Shown: positions 1 through 8,796 of the stretch, piece after piece
Numbering within the stretch: position 1 is the first letter of the stretch
Layout: each line of letters begins with the position of its first letter
NCBI GenBank assembly: GCA_963169515.1
Contig: CAUJEF010000039.1
Coordinates: forward strand, 1 to 43,689
Length of the DNA: 43,689 nucleotides
DNA from: Bdellovibrionota bacterium
GTDB lineage: Bacteria > Bdellovibrionota > Bdellovibrionia > Bdellovibrionales > JAEYZS01
Reading direction: 5' to 3'
The notes under the pieces: model-generated
What the model saw: only the letters and a program-made list of their open reading frames with translations
Database searches by the model: none
What the model was told of the DNA's origin: nothing
Translations under genes and position numbers: made by a program

Positions 1-2
1 AA

Positions 3-539
3 GGTGACGCCAGGTTTACGCCTGATGGGAAAAAAATAATTTATTCTCAGTTTTCAAATCAAAACTTCATATTACGCATTATGAATTTACAAACAGGCGC
101 TTTTGAAAAATTAAAATTAAAATACACAAACCTTCGCTGGCCGACGATGGTCTATCGCGAAAAACAAAAAAAAATCGCCGGCATTTTAGAAACGCCAGAG
201 TATTCACGGCTAGTGGTTCAAGACGCCATCAGCCCAAACATAGTTTATGAAACAACAGACTCCTCTGTTTATCAGCAGCCCTATTGGCACCCAAAAGACT
301 ACAAATTGGTTGTAAGCAGTAACCGTCTGAATAAAAATAACTTTGATCTTTTCGTCTATGATTTTGAAAAAAGCTGCGTTCAACGGATAACTTACAGTAA
401 CGCCCTAGACCAAGAGCCTGCCTTTAATCCCAATGGTGATAAGATTCTATTTACCAGCAATCGATCTGGAAAAAATCAGATCTTTATGATTCGTTATGAT
501 GCGAGCCAGCCTTGCGAAAGTCTTCCAACTAGCATTTAA
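3..539 (+). CDS. TolB-like/PD40 beta-propeller protein, 5'-truncated by the window edge
   Basis: The frame is open from position 3 (GDARFTPDGKKIIYS...). It carries PD40-type motifs FTPDGKKIIYS, WHPKDYKLVVSSNR and PAFNPNGDKILFTSNRSG. The track's ATG at 81 is internal. Confidence 0.8.
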   Translation, partial: GDARFTPDGKKIIYSQFSNQNFILRIMNLQTGAFEKLKLKYTNLRWPTMVYREKQKKIAGILETPEYSRLVVQDAISPNIVYETTDSSVYQQPYWHPKDYKLVVSSNRLNKNNFDLFVYDFEKSCVQRITYSNALDQEPAFNPNGDKILFTSNRSGKNQIFMIRYDASQPCESLPTSI

Positions 540-546
540 TAAAAAC

Positions 547-1056
547 ATGATGCTTGTTTCAATCTTGTCTTTGGTCCTGTCAGTTTCGGTAAATGCAGCG
601 CGAATCGATGTGGACTATTTCAAAAAGTATTATGTTTCGGAAAAGGGCTTTCGCGTTACACTTGAAAACTCTCGTTGGCTTAAATCCAATTTTGAAAAAA
701 ACGAAAATCTAGAAATGGTTTTCCAAACGACAGAAAATCCCACGGCGACACTTTCTGTTCGCATAGACGAAGACACCGCAGCAACAAGTTTAGTTAGCTA
801 CGTTAAAACATGGGTCCCAAAGTTTTCACAATTCGGTTTAGATGTTCAAAACAATCAATACTTTAAGCTCACGCCAAGCTTACAAGCTTATATCGTGGAT
901 CTTATCAATTCGTCCTCTGGTAAATATGTACGTCAGGTTATCTTTCATAAGGATAAGAAAGCCGTCATCTTCACCTGCATGGACGAAAGCAAAACATTTC
1001 GCTCAACTGTATTAAGCTGCAATAAATTAATTCAAACTTTTGCTTGGGTTCAGTAA
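547..1056 (+). CDS. Secreted hypothetical protein, possibly PsbP/DcrB-like fold
   Basis: ATG at 547 gives a signal peptide (MMLVSILSLVLSVSVNA) and removes the overlap with the upstream gene. The C-terminal pattern (VRQVIF...AVIFTC...LIQTF) recalls PsbP/DcrB folds, which is a weak inference. Confidence 0.65.
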   Translation: MMLVSILSLVLSVSVNAARIDVDYFKKYYVSEKGFRVTLENSRWLKSNFEKNENLEMVFQTTENPTATLSVRIDEDTAATSLVSYVKTWVPKFSQFGLDVQNNQYFKLTPSLQAYIVDLINSSSGKYVRQVIFHKDKKAVIFTCMDESKTFRSTVLSCNKLIQTFAWVQ

Positions 1057-2715
1057 CTAATCGAACAGTTTTTTGAGAAATCCAGTGATCTTCTGGATTG
1101 TTCCGCCCGCCCCCGTAGGCGCCGATGCGTTTGATCGCACGCCGGACGTGCGCACGTTTTTATTTGGGTGGTGCTTGCGAAATTGATTCCTGTTTTGTTG
1201 TCGATGGTCTGATCGCCCCTGCCCCTGAAGTTGCTGTTGCTGCTGATTCGACCGAGGTTCACCGTGACGTTTTGTGCGACGATCACGATGGACATTATCA
1301 CCTTGTTGGTGTTCGTTACCTTCATGCCTTCGCCCCTGTGGACGAGGGTGCCTTTGTGGTGGACGCTGATTTTCATGACCCCCGTAAGGTCTCTCCGATC
1401 GCCCTGGACGCTCCCGGTATGGACGCGGCCTACGCAGCGATTGTTCAAATGGCGGACGATCCTTCGCGGCTGCTAAACCCGTCTTTCGAATTCGACTATC
1501 ACGGTCATGCCCAGAGCGCACCGGCTTATATTCTTTGATCAAATCTGCGTCCTCTAGCCACCCAATGTTAATTTTATTCTTTAGATAATCTTCAATTCTT
1601 GAAAGCGCCGGCAGATCTTTGTCGCTGACCAAGCTAAACGCCTTCCCCTTTTCGCCCGCACGGCCCGTACGACCAACACGATGCACATAGTTTTCAGCAT
1701 CGTCCGGCATCTCTACGTTAATCACAAGATCAACACCTTTAATATCTAGCCCCCGTGCCGCAAGATCCGTCGCAACCAGAATATTTTTTTCGTTTTGGTT
1801 TTTAAATTGAGTGATCACACGATCACGCTGGGCTTGCGTAAGCAAGCTTGAAATTCCTACCGCCGGCAATTCGTTGTCATTTAAAAAATCTGTAATGCGA
1901 TCAACCGAGTGCTTAAAATTACTGAAAATAATAGCTTGCTTTGGTTTTTCTCGCCTTAAGATAGACAACAAAAATGCTGGCTTTTGTTCATCGCCAACAT
2001 GATATATTTCATCTGTGACATCGACCGCTTTTGCTTGGTCACGACTGACGTTTAATTCAATTGGATGAGAGTTAAAACGATACGCCGTATTTAAAACATC
2101 GAAATTTAACGTCGCACTAAACAATAAAATTTGTCGTTCTTGGGGGGACCGCTGAAGGATAAAGACCATGTCATCTTTAAAGCCCATATCGAACATACGG
2201 TCGGCTTCATCAAAGACCAATGCCCGAGAATGTTTAAAGTGAATGACGTGATTATTGTATAAATCTAACAGTCGTCCCGGGGTACCAATGACGATATCAA
2301 CACCACTTTCAATCGCCTTTTTTTGTGGTTCATAATCCACGCCACCAATTACAGACGCACACCGTATTCCACAAGGGGTACCAATCTTTTTACACACTTC
2401 CGAAATTTGATCCACAAGTTCTCGTGTGGGCGCCAATACTAAAACAAAGTGGGACGGTTTCCATTCTGGAAAAATTCGCTTCTTCAGATCTGGATCCGTT
2501 ACTTCATCCGGCCTTTTTGATCTTAATATTTTTTCAATGATGGGAACCAAGAACGCAAAAGTTTTCCCTGTTCCTGTTTGCGACAAACCGGAAACGTCTT
2601 TATTATCTAAAACGAGCGGGATTGCCTTTTCTTGTATGTCGGTGCAGGTTTCGATACCTTGATCACGAATGGCCTGGAGTAACTCCGGCACCAGCTTCAA
2701 CTCTTCAAACTTCAA
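1057..2715 (-). CDS. DEAD-box ATP-dependent RNA helicase (RhlB/RhlE-like) with a disordered basic C-terminal tail
   Basis: Q motif, QTGTGKT, PTREL, TPGR, DEAD, SAT, ARGLD and HRVGRTGR are all present. TTG start with AAGGAG upstream. Confidence 0.95.
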   Translation of the reverse strand: MKFEELKLVPELLQAIRDQGIETCTDIQEKAIPLVLDNKDVSGLSQTGTGKTFAFLVPIIEKILRSKRPDEVTDPDLKKRIFPEWKPSHFVLVLAPTRELVDQISEVCKKIGTPCGIRCASVIGGVDYEPQKKAIESGVDIVIGTPGRLLDLYNNHVIHFKHSRALVFDEADRMFDMGFKDDMVFILQRSPQERQILLFSATLNFDVLNTAYRFNSHPIELNVSRDQAKAVDVTDEIYHVGDEQKPAFLLSILRREKPKQAIIFSNFKHSVDRITDFLNDNELPAVGISSLLTQAQRDRVITQFKNQNEKNILVATDLAARGLDIKGVDLVINVEMPDDAENYVHRVGRTGRAGEKGKAFSLVSDKDLPALSRIEDYLKNKINIGWLEDADLIKEYKPVRSGHDRDSRIRKTGLAAAKDRPPFEQSLRRPRPYRERPGRSERPYGGHENQRPPQRHPRPQGRRHEGNEHQQGDNVHRDRRTKRHGEPRSNQQQQQLQGQGRSDHRQQNRNQFRKHHPNKNVRTSGVRSNASAPTGAGGTIQKITGFLKKLFD

Positions 2716-2761
2716 CAGTTAGGACTCCTTCTAAATCGTGGGCCTGTTTCGTGGGTAAGTT

Positions 2762-2791
2762 AAACTAACCCGTCAAATCACAGATTGTCAA
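2762..2791 (-). promoter_or_regulatory. Putative sigma70 promoter of the DEAD-box helicase gene
   Basis: The minus strand reads TTGACA-N18-TAGTTT, about 45 nt upstream of the start. Confidence 0.45.
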
Positions 2792-2810
2792 AGAAAGTAA
2801 CTTATTAGAT

Positions 2811-3593
2811 TTATTTAAGAAAGTCCCTTACGGCCTCTGTGAATTCTTCAGGCTTATCAAAATGAACCCAATGCCCCGCCCCCGAAATTGTAGTCCCCTG
2901 TGAATTAGGATTTCTTTTTAGCATTTCGCGAAAAGTATCCTTGGAAAAATCTGGTGAGTTCTCACCACGGATTACGAGTATGGGGCATCTGATCGCCTCC
3001 CACTCTGGCCATCGGTCTTTTAAACGAACCAGCGAAACGCTTGCCAAGATTGCGCTTTTTGAAAACCTCCAATCCACTAACCCATTTTCTTTTTCAACTA
3101 GATTTGCGTAAAAGTAATTCCCCAAAACTGGGTTTCCAAAATCATTTAGCAGAAAATTTTTTGCTGTCAGCTTGTCCGGAAACGGAGTTGGCACCCGACC
3201 CAAAAGCTTGTTATATCGATCTATGTCCCCTTCTGATCCATTTGGAGCAATGTCTTCAATAACAAGTTTATTGACTCTGTGCGCAAAGCGAGAGGCAAAA
3301 TTGATGGCATTCCTTCCGCCCATGGAATGACCAACAAGGTCAATTTTTTTCCAATTGAATTCATCTATGATGTTCAACAAATCGTCAGCGTAATCTTCTG
3401 GCCTGTATCCTGTCTCTGGTTTCATGGACTTTCCATGGCCGCGCTGGTCGTAGGTCAAAATTTCAGAAGTCTTTTCTAACCGACTGGTGATACGGCGCCA
3501 GTTTGCTCCAAAGCCCATAAGCCCATGCAAAAACACAATTTTATGAGCTGATTTCCCAACAGTTTGATAATGGAAGTTGTCTAAATATCCCAT
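2811..3593 (-). CDS. Alpha/beta hydrolase (YbfF/ABHD11-like esterase)
   Basis: HGLMG oxyanion motif, DQRGHG, GHSMGG nucleophile elbow and AGHWVH catalytic His. ATG at 3593 preferred over TTG at 3602. Confidence 0.88.
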   Translation of the reverse strand: MGYLDNFHYQTVGKSAHKIVFLHGLMGFGANWRRITSRLEKTSEILTYDQRGHGKSMKPETGYRPEDYADDLLNIIDEFNWKKIDLVGHSMGGRNAINFASRFAHRVNKLVIEDIAPNGSEGDIDRYNKLLGRVPTPFPDKLTAKNFLLNDFGNPVLGNYFYANLVEKENGLVDWRFSKSAILASVSLVRLKDRWPEWEAIRCPILVIRGENSPDFSKDTFREMLKRNPNSQGTTISGAGHWVHFDKPEEFTEAVRDFLK

Positions 3594-3649
3594 ATCGGGC
3601 AATTATCGTAGATCGCCTTAAATGGATCAATAGGATTGCGGAGCCCAGA

Positions 3650-4849
3650 GTGGAAATCAAACCAAGGCCTAAATTGCATCGTGATTGGATTCATCCCGAA
3701 GCCTTCAAAATCACACAGGCACTACAAAAAACAGGCTACCTAACATACTTAGTCGGCGGCTGCGTAAGAGATTTGCTATCAGGCGTACCACCAAAAGATT
3801 TTGACATCACCACGTCTGCAAATCCGCGCGAAGTGAAGCGAGCACTTCACAATGCATTTATTATTGGACGTCGATTCAAGCTGGTGCTCGCAAAGCGTGG
3901 CGAAGACCAGTTTGAAATCGCGACCTTTCGCCGAGAGCTGCAACCTGGCGAGATTGTCCAGGACGACCATCCTGAAGGCGACAATATCTTTGGCACTCCT
4001 GAGCAAGACGCCGTCCGTAGGGATTTTACAATCAATGCATTATTTTATGACCCTATAAAAGATGAATTAATCGATTATGTAAATGGACGCCGCGATATTG
4101 AATCACAAACGATCCGCATGATAGGCAACCCTGATGTACGCTTGGTCGAAGATCCCATTCGAATTTTACGCGCAATCCGCTTATCACATAAACTTGATTT
4201 TGTGTTGGCTCCAGAACTACGAAAGGCAATCTTGACCCACGCCCATGAACTAAAAAAATCGGTCTTACCCCGACGCCGCGAAGAAATACTAAAAATACTG
4301 CGAATCGATAACCCGACCCTTCCCCTCCTGGAGCTTTATGATTTAGGAGTTCTAAAACATATTTCTCCAACGATCGACAAGCTTTATAGCAACACTGAGG
4401 CAATGAAGGATTTTAATTTTTACCTCAGGAAAATTCATTCGTTCGTAATTGATCGGGAAAACCCAATGGAATTGTATGGATATTTTTGCCTGGCTTATTT
4501 TAGAGCCTTCATCAATAACAATCCAGATTACAAAATGTCACCAGATGATTTAATAAAAAACGAAAACCTCAAGAGCTTGCTGCGCGACGAATTGGGTATG
4601 TACAACGTGGAACAAAGCATAACAATTAAAGCTTTAGAGCTTGAACGCCGTTTGCAACGGATAGATAAATTTATGCAAAAAAAGGGGGAACAAAAAATTC
4701 AATTTTTACAAAACGATGCATTCCCATTAGCACTTATGTTGGCCAAAGCTGACTACACATTGTCCCCAGACAAAATCATGTTTTGGGAAAAAGCGCTGCG
4801 TGACCTGGCCCCGCGTGAAAAGCCTGCCCGCAAACCTCGCCGTCGTTAA
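3650..4849 (+). CDS. pcnB: Poly(A) polymerase I
   Basis: VGGCVRD...KDFD, RRDFTINAL and EDPIRILRA motifs. IIGRRFKLV is the signature that separates PAP I from CCA-adding enzyme. GTG start with GGAG. Confidence 0.9.
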   Translation: MEIKPRPKLHRDWIHPEAFKITQALQKTGYLTYLVGGCVRDLLSGVPPKDFDITTSANPREVKRALHNAFIIGRRFKLVLAKRGEDQFEIATFRRELQPGEIVQDDHPEGDNIFGTPEQDAVRRDFTINALFYDPIKDELIDYVNGRRDIESQTIRMIGNPDVRLVEDPIRILRAIRLSHKLDFVLAPELRKAILTHAHELKKSVLPRRREEILKILRIDNPTLPLLELYDLGVLKHISPTIDKLYSNTEAMKDFNFYLRKIHSFVIDRENPMELYGYFCLAYFRAFINNNPDYKMSPDDLIKNENLKSLLRDELGMYNVEQSITIKALELERRLQRIDKFMQKKGEQKIQFLQNDAFPLALMLAKADYTLSPDKIMFWEKALRDLAPREKPARKPRRR

Positions 4850-4853
4850 AACT

Positions 4854-4876
4854 TAGCGGCTGAAACTTAGCCGCTA
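4854..4876. terminator. Hairpin between the convergent pcnB and SLT-lipoprotein genes
   Basis: TAGCGGCT...AGCCGCTA inverted repeat just after the pcnB stop. The T-tract is weak. Confidence 0.5.
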
Positions 4877-4887
4877 TAATCTGACCG

Positions 4888-6714
4888 CTAAATTTTACAT
4901 AAATTTTGCTTTAACGGGGAATACATTTCCGAACATGTAAGCTTATGCCCTGGCTGATTGCGGTTGATTTTATGCGATTCTGGATTTGCCCCAATAAAAT
5001 AAATTCCTAAAAATCGACGAACGTATTCGACACCTTTTATCCTAAGGGTGTTCACCTTTTCAAAAGTGTATCCCAAGTCTTGAGCAACCTGGAGCGATGA
5101 AAAATCTTCTGCTCCAAACTTGTCCGTTACTTTGTCTGTCGAACCTGGGCCCAAATTATAGGCCATGATTCCAAACACAGGCTCGTCTGGAAATTGTGAA
5201 ATCAAATACGACAAGTACCGCGCGGCCGCTTCTGTCGCGGTCGCCACGTACAATCGATCATCATTTGCGTCTACTTCGATCTCATTTCTAATGTTTTTGC
5301 ATCTATCAACAAACTTCCCGTCTCGCTTTGGCCTAAACACGTTTTCTAGAGCAGTTTTCAGCAAAGGTACCTTTGCCGTGCTATACATGAACTGCCAGGG
5401 CCCCAACTCGCAGTCGTCCCCAACATAGTTTGGCTTGAGTGGATCAAATCCATCCGGGTTCTTAAAAAAACCCGTTTCCCAAGATGTCACATACAGCAAT
5501 GTTGCAGGCACACTGTTATCATCGAAGTGTTTTTTCAATTTGACAGAGGCATCTTTAATATTGTTGAAAAAGCGTTGTGTTCCATCAAACGATTTATCAG
5601 AAATCAATTTTCTTTGAATACTTGGAAGACCGCCCCAGTTCCTATATTTTTCAAATCCTTTAGTAATCTCGATCACACGCTTGTCTTTTGTGTTAACAGG
5701 AATTATGTACGATCGAACAACAGCAGACACAGTATCGTCATTGATGTTTTGAGGGACCAGAGATCGCTTTTCTGGCACATCAGAACGATTCGCTTCGATA
5801 TATACGCGCTCTCCTAGTTTATCTTGTAGCAACAATAATTGATCGGCCGCCGTTGGGCTGTCATCGCCATCAGAGGCTGCGGTTCCTGTATTCCCGACAA
5901 GGGTTACAGATATGTCTTTATCTTTTAAACACTCCTCGCTTACCTCATGTACACTCGTGTCCGTCTGCAAATTGGAAATGCTCAGACAAAGAGATCTCTG
6001 TCCTAGCGGAATTTGCATCTCTGAGGTAGAGATCCCTTCCGCGACGACATAATCATTCACTGTGTTTTCTTTCTTGTCCCTGTATTGTTCATAGACCGAA
6101 CGAAGCTCAGAATTTGAAATGCTGGTTACTCCCTTTGGCAAACGTGCCTGCAATTCAATTTTTCCGGGACGGAAGATGAATCCTGATTTTGCCAATGTTC
6201 GTTTTTGATTTTGTTTAGAAATAAATATTTGAACCTCAGAACACTCCTGGTCAAGGCAGCGTCCGGTCAGGACATAAAACACATTTTCCGAAGCATTTAT
6301 GTTGCGAGACGCGACGATGTGATATTCATTCCCGCTGATCGAAAAGATAGAGTTAAACTTTAATTTCGTCGACCCAACCTTCAACTGCGCTGTTAGCGTC
6401 GAGGGCTGGTTATTCTTAGTTTGAATAACAACCTTCATTTGCGATAACGCTCGAGATAATTTTTGGCTTTCAGATTGGATTCCCTTTTCTTTCCAAAATT
6501 GCTCAAGCTCATTTTTTGTTTTCTGAAGCGTGCCGGTAGCTTTGGTTTCGGTGTAGGCAGATTCATTTCCACGACGATCGGTTCTCACAAGGCCAGTGTA
6601 TGCGGGATCATTTTTAAGCCTATCGAGATTATAATCTTGATTTATTCGCGTCTGCCCGCAAGCGGCCAGAAAGAACAATAATAAAATAAAAGAAACTTGC
6701 TTTAAAACCATCAT
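4888..6714 (-). CDS. Lipoprotein with a C-terminal lytic transglycosylase (SLT/MltD-like) domain
   Basis: Lipobox FLAAC. SLT motifs: WETGF (catalytic Glu), GPWQFMYSTA, ATEAAARYL and AYNLG. About 350 N-terminal residues are unassigned. Confidence 0.8.
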   Translation of the reverse strand: MMVLKQVSFILLLFFLAACGQTRINQDYNLDRLKNDPAYTGLVRTDRRGNESAYTETKATGTLQKTKNELEQFWKEKGIQSESQKLSRALSQMKVVIQTKNNQPSTLTAQLKVGSTKLKFNSIFSISGNEYHIVASRNINASENVFYVLTGRCLDQECSEVQIFISKQNQKRTLAKSGFIFRPGKIELQARLPKGVTSISNSELRSVYEQYRDKKENTVNDYVVAEGISTSEMQIPLGQRSLCLSISNLQTDTSVHEVSEECLKDKDISVTLVGNTGTAASDGDDSPTAADQLLLLQDKLGERVYIEANRSDVPEKRSLVPQNINDDTVSAVVRSYIIPVNTKDKRVIEITKGFEKYRNWGGLPSIQRKLISDKSFDGTQRFFNNIKDASVKLKKHFDDNSVPATLLYVTSWETGFFKNPDGFDPLKPNYVGDDCELGPWQFMYSTAKVPLLKTALENVFRPKRDGKFVDRCKNIRNEIEVDANDDRLYVATATEAAARYLSYLISQFPDEPVFGIMAYNLGPGSTDKVTDKFGAEDFSSLQVAQDLGYTFEKVNTLRIKGVEYVRRFLGIYFIGANPESHKINRNQPGHKLTCSEMYSPLKQNLCKI

Positions 6715-6740
6715 ACGTACAATTTTATTTCCTAGTAATG

Positions 6741-7391
6741 TTACTTAAGGAATCTAACTCCTACCATTTGCGCGGTTTTCTTTTCATCCGCTCTATCCGC
6801 CACGCTCCATACAACTTCTCCAAGCACTTGATGTTCTTTATTGAGCAGCGGAAGAAACACCTGCATATTTACTTGGTCACCTTTTTTTAGACTTTTTCCA
6901 AAAACTCGAAGCTGAGCTCCTTTTGTACCCAGATTAAAAAGCCAACTTGGGCAAATCCCAGAATCGCTATTATGCAATGAAACCTGATGGCTTGTTCGAT
7001 ATCTTTGATTGTCGCGAACCACGACTGGAAGATTTTTTAACATCTTTGCGAGAACCCCGGGGATATCGCGCATTTCAGTTTTCGCGTCCAAAACAATAGC
7101 TTTTTTATATTTCACAACCTGTTGCTTTAAATCAAAGTCAGGCCCATCAGTTACAACAACAAGTGGAAGTTCTGGAAATCGCTTTTTGATTTGGTGGACA
7201 ATTTCAGCTTGGGTTGACCCAAACGTATCTGCAACCATAACAAGGGCACTGTACTCTTGGGATTTTAATCCCTGTGCCGCACGAAATGCGTTTGTGTATG
7301 ATTTGACTTCAAAAAGATGATTTTTATGAATTTCTGTTCGAGCAAGAACCAGGTCCCGTCCCGGTCTAGCCAATACCCCTATCTTAAACAT
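6741..7391 (-). CDS. Receiver-like domain plus PilZ domain protein
   Basis: GGAGG precedes the ATG at 7391. PilZ motifs RDNQR, NLGTKG, GEVVW and GVRF are present. The N-terminal region has a receiver-like pattern without the acidic pocket. Confidence 0.75.
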   Translation of the reverse strand: MFKIGVLARPGRDLVLARTEIHKNHLFEVKSYTNAFRAAQGLKSQEYSALVMVADTFGSTQAEIVHQIKKRFPELPLVVVTDGPDFDLKQQVVKYKKAIVLDAKTEMRDIPGVLAKMLKNLPVVVRDNQRYRTSHQVSLHNSDSGICPSWLFNLGTKGAQLRVFGKSLKKGDQVNMQVFLPLLNKEHQVLGEVVWSVADRADEKKTAQMVGVRFLK

Positions 7392-7513
7392 AAAAAACCT
7401 CCACTCTATAGGTATGTAGTGCAACCGCCATGCTTGCCCTTTGCTATTTAACTATTTTCCAGGAATTTCAAATGGTTAGGCTATTGACAGGTGCCCAAAA
7501 CTTCCGCGTATCA

Positions 7514-7565
7514 TGAGACAGTGCGGAGCCAGTGTCTCAGTCATCGATATTTTCATTTTGAGACA
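7514..7565. promoter_or_regulatory. Three TGAGACA/TGTCTCA half-sites (putative regulator binding sites) between the divergent PilZ gene and tatA
   Basis: TGAGACA at 7514-7520, TGTCTCA at 7533-7539 and TGAGACA at 7559-7565. Confidence 0.45.
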
Positions 7566-7668
7566 TTTTTTTTGGTATAAATTACAGCTATGACTAACAA
7601 TTGCTGTCGCCTTTGAAGGCAAAAAGACTTATATATTGAGAGTAATCGATCTATTGGGAGTAGCGTTT

Positions 7669-7854
7669 ATGGGGCTTAGTTTTTGGCATGTAATTTTGGT
7701 ACTTTTGATCGTATTAATTTTTTTTGGACCAAGCCGCCTGCCTGGTTTAGGAAAATCACTAGGGTCAGCAATCAAGGGTTTTAAGGACGGACTTGATGGC
7801 GACGAAAAGAATAAAAACGACAAACTTAATAAAGGCGACGACGGACAAGCCTAG
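7669..7854 (+). CDS. tatA: Twin-arginine translocase subunit TatA/E
   Basis: MGLSFWHVILVLLIVLIFFGPSRLPGLGKSLGSAIKGFK is the classic TatA pattern. GGGAG lies upstream of the ATG at 7669. Confidence 0.92.
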   Translation: MGLSFWHVILVLLIVLIFFGPSRLPGLGKSLGSAIKGFKDGLDGDEKNKNDKLNKGDDGQA

Positions 7855-7859
7855 CTTTC

Positions 7860-8786
7860 TTACCTTAATGCAGATTTTACGGTCTTCGTAATGCCTTCGA
7901 TATCAAGGCCGTGTTTTTTGTAAAGATCTTCTGGCAATCCGCTTTCCCCATAAACATCTTGGACCCCAATTCTAACAAGGCGGGATTTTCCTGCGACCTC
8001 GGCCATGGTTTCGGCAATTGCCCCGCCAAGACCGCCGATCACATTGTGATCTTCGGCAGAGAAAATGACAGGAACTTTTTTAGAGTATTCGTTAATAATA
8101 TCGCGATCGATTGGCTTTATTGTGTGAATATTTACCACAGCGATACTAAATCCCTCAGCCTCTAATTTCTTTGCAGCCTCAAGAGCATTTCCGGTCAATG
8201 CGCCCGTTGCAAAAATTGCTGCGTCCTTGCCATCTTTTAATTTTACACCTTTTCCAAATTCAAATTTATAATCGGATTTGTTGACGTCGATCACATTTTG
8301 TCGGGTTAATCTAATATAGGCTGGCCCCTGGTGCTTCACCAAATATTTCATCATATGCTTGGTTTCAACATCGTCAGCCGGTTGCAAAACTGCAAATTGT
8401 GGCAGCGTCCGCAAGCAGGCCAAATCCTCAAGCGCCATTTGACTGCAACCATCGTCGCCGATCCCTACCCCGGCATGCGTTCCCACTAAGCGAACATTGG
8501 CTTGGGCGTATCCGACAGTTACGCGAATCGTATCAAAGCGGCCGGTTAAAAACGCGCCAAACGAGCAAAGAAATGGAATTTTACCTGCGAAAGCCATTCC
8601 GGCAGCAACGCCGATCATGTTGGCTTCCTGAATCCCCATTTGAAAAAATCGCTCTGGAAATTCTTTTCCAAAGCTTTCAGACTTTGTAGATTTAGACAGG
8701 TCTGCGTCCAATACAACAACATTTTTATGCTCTCTTCCCAGCTCAACTAATGCCTGTCCAAAACTGACCCGTGTTGCATTTCCCAT
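7860..8786 (-). CDS. Transketolase C-terminal subunit (split transketolase)
   Basis: DADL, GIQEANM, GIGDDG, YIRL and EDH...GGLG motifs. Directly downstream of the N-terminal subunit gene. Confidence 0.92.
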   Translation of the reverse strand: MGNATRVSFGQALVELGREHKNVVVLDADLSKSTKSESFGKEFPERFFQMGIQEANMIGVAAGMAFAGKIPFLCSFGAFLTGRFDTIRVTVGYAQANVRLVGTHAGVGIGDDGCSQMALEDLACLRTLPQFAVLQPADDVETKHMMKYLVKHQGPAYIRLTRQNVIDVNKSDYKFEFGKGVKLKDGKDAAIFATGALTGNALEAAKKLEAEGFSIAVVNIHTIKPIDRDIINEYSKKVPVIFSAEDHNVIGGLGGAIAETMAEVAGKSRLVRIGVQDVYGESGLPEDLYKKHGLDIEGITKTVKSALR

Positions 8787-8796
8787 TTTAATCCTT

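Noticed and set aside
1050..1538. Several overlapping ORFs (1050-1448 -, 1125-1538 +, 1231-1476 +) and the CAG/CAA-type repeat near 1230-1245
   Set aside because: These are shadow frames of the GC-richer, low-complexity helicase tail. The repeat simply encodes poly-Gln.
7419..7440. Sigma54-like -24/-12 site (AAGCATGGCGGTTGCA) upstream of the PilZ gene
   Set aside because: The invariant GG at -24 reads AG at the correct spacing, so the match is too weak to call.
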